This document shows, one piece after another, positions 18,899 to 27,594 of a DNA stretch of 64,000 nucleotides. Made by a program: the position numbers and the translations under genes. The notes below the pieces were generated by a model. That model was not told where the DNA came from and did no database searches. It worked only from the letters and a program-made list of their open reading frames with translations. Source of the DNA: Planctomycetota bacterium (GTDB lineage: Bacteria; Planctomycetota; UBA1135; UBA2386); contig OZ245006.1 of assembly GCA_965223545.1 (NCBI GenBank), forward strand, positions 5,824,001-5,888,000, in the 5' to 3' direction. The first letter of the stretch is position 1. Every line of letters starts with the position of its first letter.

Positions 18899-20666
18899 CC
18901 ACCACCGCGCCCGACGGGACCGCTCCTGGCTGTGGGATGCAGCGGTGCTTGCCCTGCTCGGCCTGGTGCTGGCGAGCATCGTCAACACCGCGGGTGAAAC
19001 CCGGCGGCGCGAAGCGCGGCTCACCGAGGAGGTCGGCCGCCGTTGGCTGCACGAGGTGTTGGCCGAGCTGCTGCGCGTCGGCGCCGACCCGGTGAGCGCC
19101 GTCGGGCCCGGGGTCGCACAGCGTTCTCCGCAATCAAACGCCGGCGTCGCGGCGGGGTCGGTCGAGGCGCCGGGGTTGGCTTGGTCGGACACCATCGAGG
19201 TCGTCGCCGGCGAGCGCGGCAACACCGAGGTGCGCGCCGCGTGGTTGTTGTCGACCGCGCGGCCTCGGCTGACGTTGCGCGGCGTCGGGGTCGCCAGCGC
19301 CGAGCGAACGCAGGTCGTGGTCGACTTGATCGAGTACCTGACCCGGGCGGCTGCGGGGCTGGCGCCAGGGGTCTTCGATCTGCGCGTGCGCGCGGTGAAC
19401 GACGAGGTGCGGCTGCGCGTCGCGCGGCGCTACGGCGGCGATACCGAGGTGCGCGTGGTGGCGGCCGGTCCCGGCGCGCCGCCCGAGCACCGCGCGGCGA
19501 GGGTGCTGACCGCGGTTGGCGCGGAGTGGCAGATCATCACGGTGCCGCGCGGCTGGTCGCTGGTCGAGTGGGCTGCGCTGGTCGGCGTGCTCGTCGTCGC
19601 CGGGGCGTGCTTCGGCCTTGCGCGTCGCGGCGCCCGCAGGCGGCGTCGGCGAGAGCAGGCGTTGCGGCAGCAGACCGAGCGCGCCGAAGAGCTCGCCGCG
19701 GAGCGGGAGCAGCTCGTCTGCGAGCTCGCCGACACCGGCAATCGGCTGGAGCGCGTCTCGGCGCTGGCGGCGTCCCACGAACGGCACCGCCGCATCGCCT
19801 ACAGCCTGGCGGAGGACGCCCGGCACGCGCAGCTCCGGGCCGAACGCGCGGAGGTCGGTCTGCGGGAACAAGCCGAGCGATTGGCCCAGGCGAACCGGAA
19901 CAGCGCCGAGATTGCCTACGCGACCGCGCACTACATGCAGACGCCACTGCGCACGATGGTGCACTTCCTGGAGTTTGCAATGGCCGATCACGGCGCGCGC
20001 CTGGACGCCGGGGTCGTGCGGTTCCTGCAGCACGCCGTCGACGGCGGGCTGCGCATGAAGGCCATGCTCGACGGTGTGATGCGTTGCATGGAGGCGGCCG
20101 AGGGCAAGCCGCTCAGCGGTTGGGTCGACCTGCGCGCGATGTTCGTCGAGGAAGCCCAACGGCGTGGAGTGTGTGTATTGGACGGGCCGTGCGCGCCCGC
20201 GGTGTGGGCAGACGCCGGCTTGCTGCGGGTCCTGGTGCGCGAGCTGGTGGACAACAGCGTGCGGCACGCCGGGGTCGAGCCGCGGCTCCTCCAGCTGAGC
20301 GCCGAGTCCGACACGGCCGGGTGGAGGTTTCGCTTCAGCGACGCCGATGGTGAGCTGGTGGAGAGCGAAGACGGCGCCTCGCTGGTGGGCATGTTCCGGC
20401 AAGCCGACCGATCCGACGACCCCGGCTCCGTCGGGCTGGGACTGGCGCTGGCACGGCGGATCATGGAGGTCCACGGCGGTCGCCTCGTGTTCGCACCCGG
20501 CAAGCGCGGCGGCGGCTGTACGGTGCTGGCCTTCCCCGCTCCTGGCCGTCCGCTGCTCGCGTGCGAGGACCTCGCGCGCGCGGCGCTCCGCGGGCCTTTG
20601 GACCGTGCCGCGCGCGAACCGATGCTGGCCGGAGCGATGGCGAGCGGAGCAGGAGGCGTGCAATGA
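18867..20666 (+). CDS. Membrane sensor histidine kinase, degenerate (possible pseudokinase)
   Basis: Two TM segments. H-box variant IAYATAHYMQTPLR; N-box variant VRELVDNSVRH; G1 box altered (FSDADG); G2 VGLGLALARRI. Start (GTG 18867) uncertain. Confidence 0.8.
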   Translation: MRRSDTQSTISHHRARRDRSWLWDAAVLALLGLVLASIVNTAGETRRREARLTEEVGRRWLHEVLAELLRVGADPVSAVGPGVAQRSPQSNAGVAAGSVEAPGLAWSDTIEVVAGERGNTEVRAAWLLSTARPRLTLRGVGVASAERTQVVVDLIEYLTRAAAGLAPGVFDLRVRAVNDEVRLRVARRYGGDTEVRVVAAGPGAPPEHRAARVLTAVGAEWQIITVPRGWSLVEWAALVGVLVVAGACFGLARRGARRRRRREQALRQQTERAEELAAEREQLVCELADTGNRLERVSALAASHERHRRIAYSLAEDARHAQLRAERAEVGLREQAERLAQANRNSAEIAYATAHYMQTPLRTMVHFLEFAMADHGARLDAGVVRFLQHAVDGGLRMKAMLDGVMRCMEAAEGKPLSGWVDLRAMFVEEAQRRGVCVLDGPCAPAVWADAGLLRVLVRELVDNSVRHAGVEPRLLQLSAESDTAGWRFRFSDADGELVESEDGASLVGMFRQADRSDDPGSVGLGLALARRIMEVHGGRLVFAPGKRGGGCTVLAFPAPGRPLLACEDLARAALRGPLDRAAREPMLAGAMASGAGGVQ

Positions 20667-22900
20667 CGCGCTGGGTGCGACTCGTCGGGTTGGCCGCGCT
20701 GTTTCCAGCCATGGCCTGGGCCGTGGCCCGCACGGTTCCGGAGCTGGGCTTGGCGGGGATCGCGCCCGCGGTCGGCGCGGCGATCGTCGCCCGCCTGTTG
20801 TGGGGCCGGCTGGTACTCGTCGCCGTCGCCGCCGGCGCGCTCCTCGCACAGCTGTGGTACTGGTCGTACGGGTTCGGGGACGACGCGCTGTTGGCGGTGT
20901 CGGCGGTGGCCCACGTTTGGTTGGGCGCGTGGGGTGTGCGTCGCTGGGTGCCGCGGCAGATGCTGCTCGAGGACGTCCGGGAGATCGGCGGATTCCTGGT
21001 CGCCGTGGGACCGTTCGCTTCGTTGATGCCGGCAGTGCTGTTGTCGGTGCCCGATGCGTTGACCGCCGACGCCGGACAAGCCGCGGTCGGGGGCGTGCTG
21101 CACTGGTTGGCGGCGAGCTGCGGGGCGACGTTGGGAGCCGCCGTCTGCCTCGTGTCGCTGGGGCGACCGCGGAGCGCTTGGCGCCGGCGGCGCGCGTCGA
21201 TCGTGGTGCCCTGTACGTTGGCGTTGGTGGCGTTTGCACACGTGCACGGCAGCCACGTTCGATCGCGGGCGGCAGTCGTGCTGCGGTCGGCGGCGCAGGA
21301 AGCCGAGCGGATCGCGAGCGAGGCCATCGAGAGATCGCTGCGGGTCGGCTGGGTCGGTGCGCAGGGCGTCGCGGTCGCGGATCGGCAGACCGCGGGTTGG
21401 TTCGAGGCGGCACTGGCGGCAGTCACCGTCGACGGTGTCGACGCCGGCGGAGGGCTCCTGATCGACGTGGCGCGCGACGACGCGGGCGCGCGCCGCTGGC
21501 GCTGTGCCGTCCGCAGCCAGTCCGTCGATGCGGGCACGGTGGACGCGTTGATGGCGAGCCCGCACTTGGCCGCGATCATCGGTAGCTGCATGCAAGCCGA
21601 CCCGGCGCAGCTGTGGATCCCGCGCGCCGCGGAGCTCGAGGGGTGGCGCGCCTGGTGGGTCGTGGCCCGCGTCCCCGCTGCCGGGGGCATTGTTTGGGGC
21701 GACGCGGCGCGGACAGATGGGCAAGTGCTGATCCGCGCGGTCATGCCGACCGTGGCCTTCGAGGAGGACACTGGGGTCGATCAGCTCGTGCTGCGACCCC
21801 GGGGGGCCGAGGGTGGTGCGGCGCCCGGCGAGTGGCGTTGGGACGGGAGCGATGGTCTGAGCTCCAGGGCTGCCGGCAGCCAGCTGGGGACCACGGTTTG
21901 GTTCGAGACCGGGCGGCAACGCTGGGCGCTCGACGTGCGCTGCCACGACCGCGGGTTGGCGTCGGCATCCCTGGCGATGTTCGCCTGCTTCTACGCGGTG
22001 GTCATGGCGCTGTGTGGGTTGCAGCTGCAGCTCTCCGGCCAGGCCAGCCAGATGTCGCGGGTCGCGAGGTCGCATGCCGAGATGCTCGACATCAAGTCCG
22101 CCGAGCTCAGCTTCACCAACGCCGAGCTGACCGAGACCGCGCGGCATCTGGTGGCGGTCAACCAAGAGCTGCAGCGCCGGGTCGAGGATCTGGATCAATT
22201 CGCGTACTTCGTCGGCCACGACCTGCAGGAGCCGATGCGCAAGCTGGTGTCCTTCAGCGAGCTGCTGCGCGAGGACCTGGGAGAGGATCTACCAAACGCT
22301 GCTGCGGACGACTTGCGCTACATCTGCGACGCGAGTCTGCGACTCCAGGGACTGGTGCAGCGGCTTCTACACCTGGCGCGGCTCGATTCGGCGCTGGAGC
22401 TGTGCGAAGTGCAGATCGGCGACTGCGTGTCGCAGAGTCTGTTGGCGCTCGAGGCTCGGATCGAGGAGTCCGGTGGCGTCGTCGAGGTCGACGGCGGGCA
22501 GTTGTGCGCGCAGGCGGACGCCACTCTGGTGACGCAAGTGCTGCAGAACCTGATCGGCAACGCCCTCAAGTTCCGGCGGCCCGACACGACCCCGCACGTC
22601 CTCGTCGAGATCACCCGCACCGGCGACGACATCGTCGCGGTGAAGGTCCACGACAACGGCATCGGTGTCGAGCCAGAAGACCGCGACAAGGTCTTCGACC
22701 TGGCGCGGCGCGGCTCGCGAGCCGGCGCTTACGCCGGGTCGGGGATCGGGTTGGCGTTCTGCAGGAAAGCCGTCGAGCGTCTCGGCGGCAGGCTGTGGGT
22801 GGAGTCGAGCAATCGACTGGGTGGGGCGTGTTTCGCGTTCGAGATCGGCGGTGCCGGTCAGGTGCTGGAGAAGCCATGGCCACTCGAGATACTGACTTAG
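20663..22900 (+). CDS. Multi-TM (MASE1-like) sensor histidine kinase
   Basis: Hydrophobic N-terminus; H-box QFAYFVGHDLQEP; QNLIGNALKF; DNGIG; GSGIGLAFCRK. Confidence 0.9.
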   Translation: MTRWVRLVGLAALFPAMAWAVARTVPELGLAGIAPAVGAAIVARLLWGRLVLVAVAAGALLAQLWYWSYGFGDDALLAVSAVAHVWLGAWGVRRWVPRQMLLEDVREIGGFLVAVGPFASLMPAVLLSVPDALTADAGQAAVGGVLHWLAASCGATLGAAVCLVSLGRPRSAWRRRRASIVVPCTLALVAFAHVHGSHVRSRAAVVLRSAAQEAERIASEAIERSLRVGWVGAQGVAVADRQTAGWFEAALAAVTVDGVDAGGGLLIDVARDDAGARRWRCAVRSQSVDAGTVDALMASPHLAAIIGSCMQADPAQLWIPRAAELEGWRAWWVVARVPAAGGIVWGDAARTDGQVLIRAVMPTVAFEEDTGVDQLVLRPRGAEGGAAPGEWRWDGSDGLSSRAAGSQLGTTVWFETGRQRWALDVRCHDRGLASASLAMFACFYAVVMALCGLQLQLSGQASQMSRVARSHAEMLDIKSAELSFTNAELTETARHLVAVNQELQRRVEDLDQFAYFVGHDLQEPMRKLVSFSELLREDLGEDLPNAAADDLRYICDASLRLQGLVQRLLHLARLDSALELCEVQIGDCVSQSLLALEARIEESGGVVEVDGGQLCAQADATLVTQVLQNLIGNALKFRRPDTTPHVLVEITRTGDDIVAVKVHDNGIGVEPEDRDKVFDLARRGSRAGAYAGSGIGLAFCRKAVERLGGRLWVESSNRLGGACFAFEIGGAGQVLEKPWPLEILT

Positions 22901-23316
22901 TCTGCCTCGTCGACGACGATCCCGGGGACCGGGAAATCATGAAGCGTTGTTTCAAACGCGCGCGTAGTGACGTCGACTTCGAAGCGTTCGAGGACGGGCC
23001 CGCGGCATTGAGCTATCTATCATGTGAACAGCTGTCTGCACACAATCCACAGGGCAGAATGCCGACGCTGTTGATTGTCGACCTGAACATGCCGGTAATG
23101 GACGGCTTCGAGGTCCTGCGGACGGTGCGCGCGGGCCCGCGAACGCACAGCCTGCCCGTCGTGGTGATGTCGACCTCGACCCGGCGGGAGGACGTCGAAC
23201 GCGCCTACGCAGCGGGGGCGAGTGCGTACCTGCGCAAGCCGGTTTCGATGACCGCGTGCGTGGAGTTGGTCGAGAAGCTGGCGAGCTTTTGGTTGGACGC
23301 TGGCGTGCTGCGCTGA
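22876..23316 (+). CDS. Single-domain response regulator (Rcp1-like)
   Basis: LVDDD, IVDLNMPVMDGFEVL, VMSTS...DVERAY..GASAYLRKP, FWL. Confidence 0.9.
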   Translation: MATRDTDLVCLVDDDPGDREIMKRCFKRARSDVDFEAFEDGPAALSYLSCEQLSAHNPQGRMPTLLIVDLNMPVMDGFEVLRTVRAGPRTHSLPVVVMSTSTRREDVERAYAAGASAYLRKPVSMTACVELVEKLASFWLDAGVLR

Positions 23317-23339
23317 CGGGGCTATGATCTGGCGCTGCG

Positions 23340-24407
23340 ATGCGCCCTCTCACGCGAGGTACTGGCGGGTTCCAAGCGCCGGCGGAACTTGTCTGGCGTG
23401 GCGGTGCGATCGCGGCGGCCATTCAGGATCACTTTGGCCTCGGCGGTGCTTCTGCTCGGGTCGGAGTCGATGATTGCCTGGCTGCGCTTTTTCGGCTTGG
23501 CCGCAAGAACGTTCTGTCTGCCGAAGAGAAGGTTGTTCTCAAGGCGCTGAAAGCCAAAGTCGAGAAGGAGTACAAGAGCGCCGGAACCTCACTGGTGGCG
23601 GAGTACGGCGCCTATTGCGCCTACTGCGAGGTGCCCCTGAGCGGATTGGTGGAGGTGGAGCACATCGTGCCAAAGACACACGCTCCGAAGTTTGCTCTCG
23701 AGTGGTCGAACTTCCTGCCGTCTTGCAGCGCTTGCAACACGCAAAAGTCTTCAGCACCGCATCCGAACGATGCGATGTCGTGGCCACCCGCGGTGACGGC
23801 GTTTGACCAAGACGACTACCGGAGGCGAGTACGGCGCCACTACTGGTGGCCGGACGTGGACAGCGTCGTTTTTCGCAGGCTGCCTCTGCGGCTCTACACC
23901 AGCTCCGATGACTGGACGACCTACCGGCGGGTGAAGCTTGCCGAGTCGGTCGAGACGAGCAATCAACTGATTTCGGTCGACACCCCGCGGCGTCAGGTGA
24001 TTGCCGACGTAGTGGTCGACGGTCGGTTCGAGCGGGGGGTTGCGGTGCGCGTTCTCGTTGATCCCGGCGATCAGGAGCGTGGCCAGCGCACGGTCGGCTT
24101 GCTTGGTCTCAACTCACCCGGGGGAAATTTGGCAAGCACCTACGACCGGCGTGTCCTGCAACGCACGGAGCGCTGGTTCGTAGCGGTTCAGCAGCTCGCT
24201 CATCTTCGGGCGGCTTCCGATGCGGCGGACTTCGGCGCGCGGTGGATCACGTTGTTGATGCTGGCGCAAGCTGCCGGTTTCTATTCGGTGTGGGTGACCG
24301 TCTTGCGGAATGCGGCGGATGTGTACGGCAGCGAGAAGTCGCTGGCGCACCGTTTCGTTGCCGGCGCAACCCAGTTTCCAGGGACCAATACAACCAATCT
24401 GCCCTGA
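23340..24407 (+). CDS. HNH endonuclease (Zn-binding CxxC...CxxC type)
   Basis: YCAYCE...VEVEHIVPK...WSNFLPSCSACNTQK, with the H-N-N catalytic set and four Zn-ligand cysteines intact. Confidence 0.88.
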   Translation: MRPLTRGTGGFQAPAELVWRGGAIAAAIQDHFGLGGASARVGVDDCLAALFRLGRKNVLSAEEKVVLKALKAKVEKEYKSAGTSLVAEYGAYCAYCEVPLSGLVEVEHIVPKTHAPKFALEWSNFLPSCSACNTQKSSAPHPNDAMSWPPAVTAFDQDDYRRRVRRHYWWPDVDSVVFRRLPLRLYTSSDDWTTYRRVKLAESVETSNQLISVDTPRRQVIADVVVDGRFERGVAVRVLVDPGDQERGQRTVGLLGLNSPGGNLASTYDRRVLQRTERWFVAVQQLAHLRAASDAADFGARWITLLMLAQAAGFYSVWVTVLRNAADVYGSEKSLAHRFVAGATQFPGTNTTNLP

Positions 24408-24410
24408 GTC

Positions 24411-25256
24411 ATGCGACCTTTGCGCAAGCCCCCGCGCCCGCACGCAGACTTTTCGTTGAACGCGCAAGCCGTTCTGCTAGACCAGCTCGGCCCCTACTGC
24501 GCGTGTTGCGAGAGGCCGTTGCCCGAAGGGGCCGTGGTTTGGGACAGGCGTGGCAAGGCGATGAGCTCCACGGCGACGATCGATCGTGATGACTGGCCGT
24601 TCGTGCTCCACTTGTGTCGCAATTGTGCGGCTTGTCTGACGCGGGAGTCACCGCCGCAAGCTATGCTGCTGCCGGACCGGGACGACACATTCCATCTCTC
24701 GCAGGCATCACCGTTCGTCTACGAGCGAGTGCCAGTGCAGGTTCGGTTGAACCGCGGCCGGGAGCGTGCCATTTCCATGGTGGAAGAGCTCGTCGTCGTA
24801 CGGGGCGACGCGGCGGCGGCTGCGGAGACCGTGACCGCGTTCGCGTTGAACACACTCTGGTACGACGATGCGAACCGTGTGCTCGAGGTCGATCAGCATG
24901 ACCACGATGCCCTGATCGATGACCGCATGTTCGCGCGGACCCGGGCGTGGACGTTCGCGGAGCAAACAGTTGGGCTCTCGCTGGAAACAAGGGAGCACCA
25001 CGGCTGGCCGGAGGTGGCGATCGGAATTCGGGCAGCTGTCGCGGCAACCGGTTTCTGGTCGGTCTGGGCGACGGTCGCTTGGGAGCGCACGCAAGACCCG
25101 GCGTTCGTCCGGGAGATCCTGCAACCCGATGACTCCGATTGGCTGTGGGATCCCGATACCGGGTTGTCGGTCGAGCGCGTTGGTCGGAGCCGCTCGGTCG
25201 TGCGAGGAGCGGGTTTACACAACCCGTTTCCCGCCACAGCTCGGACGTGGTGGTAG
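24411..25256 (+). CDS. HNH-like paralog lacking the catalytic residues
   Basis: GPYCACCERPL...WPFVLHLCRNC. Shares MRPL, PDxD, DxRxxxRTxxW, GFxSVWxTV and FPxT with the upstream gene, but has no EH, SN or CN. Confidence 0.8.
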   Translation: MRPLRKPPRPHADFSLNAQAVLLDQLGPYCACCERPLPEGAVVWDRRGKAMSSTATIDRDDWPFVLHLCRNCAACLTRESPPQAMLLPDRDDTFHLSQASPFVYERVPVQVRLNRGRERAISMVEELVVVRGDAAAAAETVTAFALNTLWYDDANRVLEVDQHDHDALIDDRMFARTRAWTFAEQTVGLSLETREHHGWPEVAIGIRAAVAATGFWSVWATVAWERTQDPAFVREILQPDDSDWLWDPDTGLSVERVGRSRSVVRGAGLHNPFPATARTWW

Positions 25257-25304
25257 GAATCCTGGCACGGCGCCGATAACGCCGTAGACGCCCTCGGCGT
25301 TGTT

Positions 25305-25910
25305 TCACGGCCGCCACCCCGCCGCGATCAACACCACGCGGACTCGCGCCTTACCCCGGCGCAGCCGCGCCTTGACCGTGCCCAGCGGCAGGCCGAGGTC
25401 GGACGCGATGGTGCGATGGCTTTGGCCGCGAAGCACGCTGGCTTCGACCACACGGCGCTCGTCACCGGTCAGCTCGGCGAGCGCCGCTTGGACGATCAGC
25501 ATGAGCTCGGCGCGCATCGCCACCGTGTCCGGGGCGGGCGTGCTCGGTCGGGGTTGGAGGTTGTCGATCGCGGCCTGATGGCGGTGGTGTTCGCGCGCGA
25601 TCCAACGCGCCTTGTGCCGCACGATCGCTCTCAGCCAGGGGCGGACTCGCCGGCGCGTGTCGAACCTCTCGGCTTGTCGCCACAGGTCCAACAGCGCCTC
25701 TTGCAGGACGTCGTCCGCGGCCGCGGCACAGCGTCCTGCTGCGCGACGCGCAGGCCCCTCGAGGCAGCGGCGCAGTTCCGTGATGCATAGATCGGACCGT
25801 TCCACACACCACCGCGTCCGGCCGCCAGCGGCGGTTCTGAGAAATCCGACATCCGAACGCGTCGCCCGTGCAAACCGTTTGCGAAGTGGCGTTGGCCTCA
25901 GTCTGGCCAC
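25305..25910 (-). CDS. ECF sigma-70 factor (SigK/RpoE-like)
   Basis: AADDVLQEALLDLWRQAERFD...WLRAI; region 4 GQSHRTIASDLGLPLGTVKARLRRG. True start probably lies inside the ORF. No adjacent anti-sigma seen. Confidence 0.85.
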   Translation of the reverse strand: MARLRPTPLRKRFARATRSDVGFLRTAAGGRTRWCVERSDLCITELRRCLEGPARRAAGRCAAAADDVLQEALLDLWRQAERFDTRRRVRPWLRAIVRHKARWIAREHHRHQAAIDNLQPRPSTPAPDTVAMRAELMLIVQAALAELTGDERRVVEASVLRGQSHRTIASDLGLPLGTVKARLRRGKARVRVVLIAAGWRP

Positions 25911-25936
25911 GCCGACGCAAGCTACCGGAGAACCCT

Positions 25937-27583
25937 ATGCAAGATCGCTCCTGCCGGACCGGGCCGCGGCACCGTCGAAGTGCGGTGCTCGCTGCCGTGC
26001 TCGTCACAGGTGTCGCCCACGGACAGATCCCACCGCTCCCCACCTCGCTCACTGCCGATGACGCGTTGCATGTTCTCAACCGCCTGACTTGGGGGGCGGT
26101 GGACACCGACGTCGTGGCCTTGACCGGTCCCACGTCCAACTACTTGAGCTGGCTCAACGCTCAGCTCAACCCCAACCTCGCGACAGACAACCCCGACGTG
26201 ATCACCGTGGTCACCGCGATGACGCCGGCGTCGCAGGGGCAGAGCGCGAGCTGGCGCAACGCGCAAGCCGCGCGCCTCACGCGCGCGTGGGGCTCCGACT
26301 GGCAGCTCAACGAGGTGATGACGCAGTTCTGGGAGCAGCACTTCAACACCTACGGCCAGGCGATCCGCAACTTCTTGATCGGCGGCTTCGGCCTCAACCA
26401 GACCAACGCCCTCAACACCGCCGTGTGGTTCGAGTGGGACGACCACGAGTACTACCGGCAGAACGCGCTCGGTTCCTTCCGCGACTTGCTGCGCCGCACC
26501 ACCCTCAGCCCGGGGATGATGATGTACCTCAACATGGTGCAGAGCAGCGGCTGCGCCAATCCCAACGAGAACTACGGTCGTGAGTTCCTCGAGCTGTTCA
26601 CCATGGGGCCGATCAACGAGTCGCAGGTGCCGCCGGAGGAGAACTACACGCAGACCGACGTCATCGAGGTCTCGCGTTGCTTTACCGGGTGGGGCATCGA
26701 CACCAGCACGCTGCCTTGGGTGGCCGCGTTCGGCGCCGGCAACAACACCCACTGCAACAACCCCAAGACCTTGTTCGCCGGCAAGCCCTACCAGCTCGTC
26801 GTCAATCCGGCGGGTGCTGCCGAGCTGGACGTGGTGATCGACTGGGTCGCGGGCATCGATCCGACCAAGGACTTCATCTGCCGCAAGATGATCCAGGTCT
26901 TCTTGGGCGACGAGGCCGACCACGATCCGCAGAACGCCTCGCTGCTGACCCGCATGAAGAACGCCTGGGGGGCCCTCGGTGACATCAAGGCGGTCGCCAA
27001 TTCGCTGTTCCGCTCACCCGAGTTCCTCAGCTCCAACAACCGTTGGTGCCGCGCTCGCATGCCGATCGAGAGCATGGCTTGGTGGATGCGGGTGTGGAAC
27101 GGCTCGCTGCAGGATTCCGGCGGTGCCGTGTCGCTGCCCAAGCTGTTGCGGCCGGTCGATGGGATGGTGGCGATCGGCCAGCAGCCGTTCCTCTACCCGG
27201 CGCCCGACGGCTTCCCCTACGAGAGTGTCGAGCAGCCCGGCAGCAGCGTCTCGATCGAGAGCTACTCGGCGTTGTCGGAGATGTTTCGCGAGCACCCGAC
27301 CTACACGTTCTTTCCGACCGTGGACATCGCGGCCATGGTGCAGGCGGCACTGCCGCAGGCGCAGTGGAACAACCCGACCCAGGTCGCGACCTACCTGTTG
27401 GGCCGCCTCTACGGCCGTTACTGGACCACGACCGACCGGGCCACCGTGCGCCGCGCGATCACCGAGGACGTCAACGGCGGTCTGCGGCCGGCGCTCGACT
27501 ACAACAACGCGGCCGACTACGCCAGCCGGGTCACCGAGGCCGCGGTTGCCGCCGCAACCACCAACCAAGCCCTGCTGAAGTGA
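25937..27583 (+). CDS. DUF1800 domain protein
   Basis: HVLNRLTWG, LNEVMTQFWEQHF, MMMYLN, PNENYGREFLELFTMG, YTQTDV, FTGW; GGAG upstream of ATG 25937. Confidence 0.92.
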   Translation: MQDRSCRTGPRHRRSAVLAAVLVTGVAHGQIPPLPTSLTADDALHVLNRLTWGAVDTDVVALTGPTSNYLSWLNAQLNPNLATDNPDVITVVTAMTPASQGQSASWRNAQAARLTRAWGSDWQLNEVMTQFWEQHFNTYGQAIRNFLIGGFGLNQTNALNTAVWFEWDDHEYYRQNALGSFRDLLRRTTLSPGMMMYLNMVQSSGCANPNENYGREFLELFTMGPINESQVPPEENYTQTDVIEVSRCFTGWGIDTSTLPWVAAFGAGNNTHCNNPKTLFAGKPYQLVVNPAGAAELDVVIDWVAGIDPTKDFICRKMIQVFLGDEADHDPQNASLLTRMKNAWGALGDIKAVANSLFRSPEFLSSNNRWCRARMPIESMAWWMRVWNGSLQDSGGAVSLPKLLRPVDGMVAIGQQPFLYPAPDGFPYESVEQPGSSVSIESYSALSEMFREHPTYTFFPTVDIAAMVQAALPQAQWNNPTQVATYLLGRLYGRYWTTTDRATVRRAITEDVNGGLRPALDYNNAADYASRVTEAAVAAATTNQALLK

Positions 27584-27594
27584 GGAGTCGCACG

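Noticed and set aside
23340..25256. Calling the HNH pair Septu, retron or Cas9/IscB-related
   Set aside because: No ATPase, reverse transcriptase, RuvC motifs or ncRNA-sized gap next to the genes.
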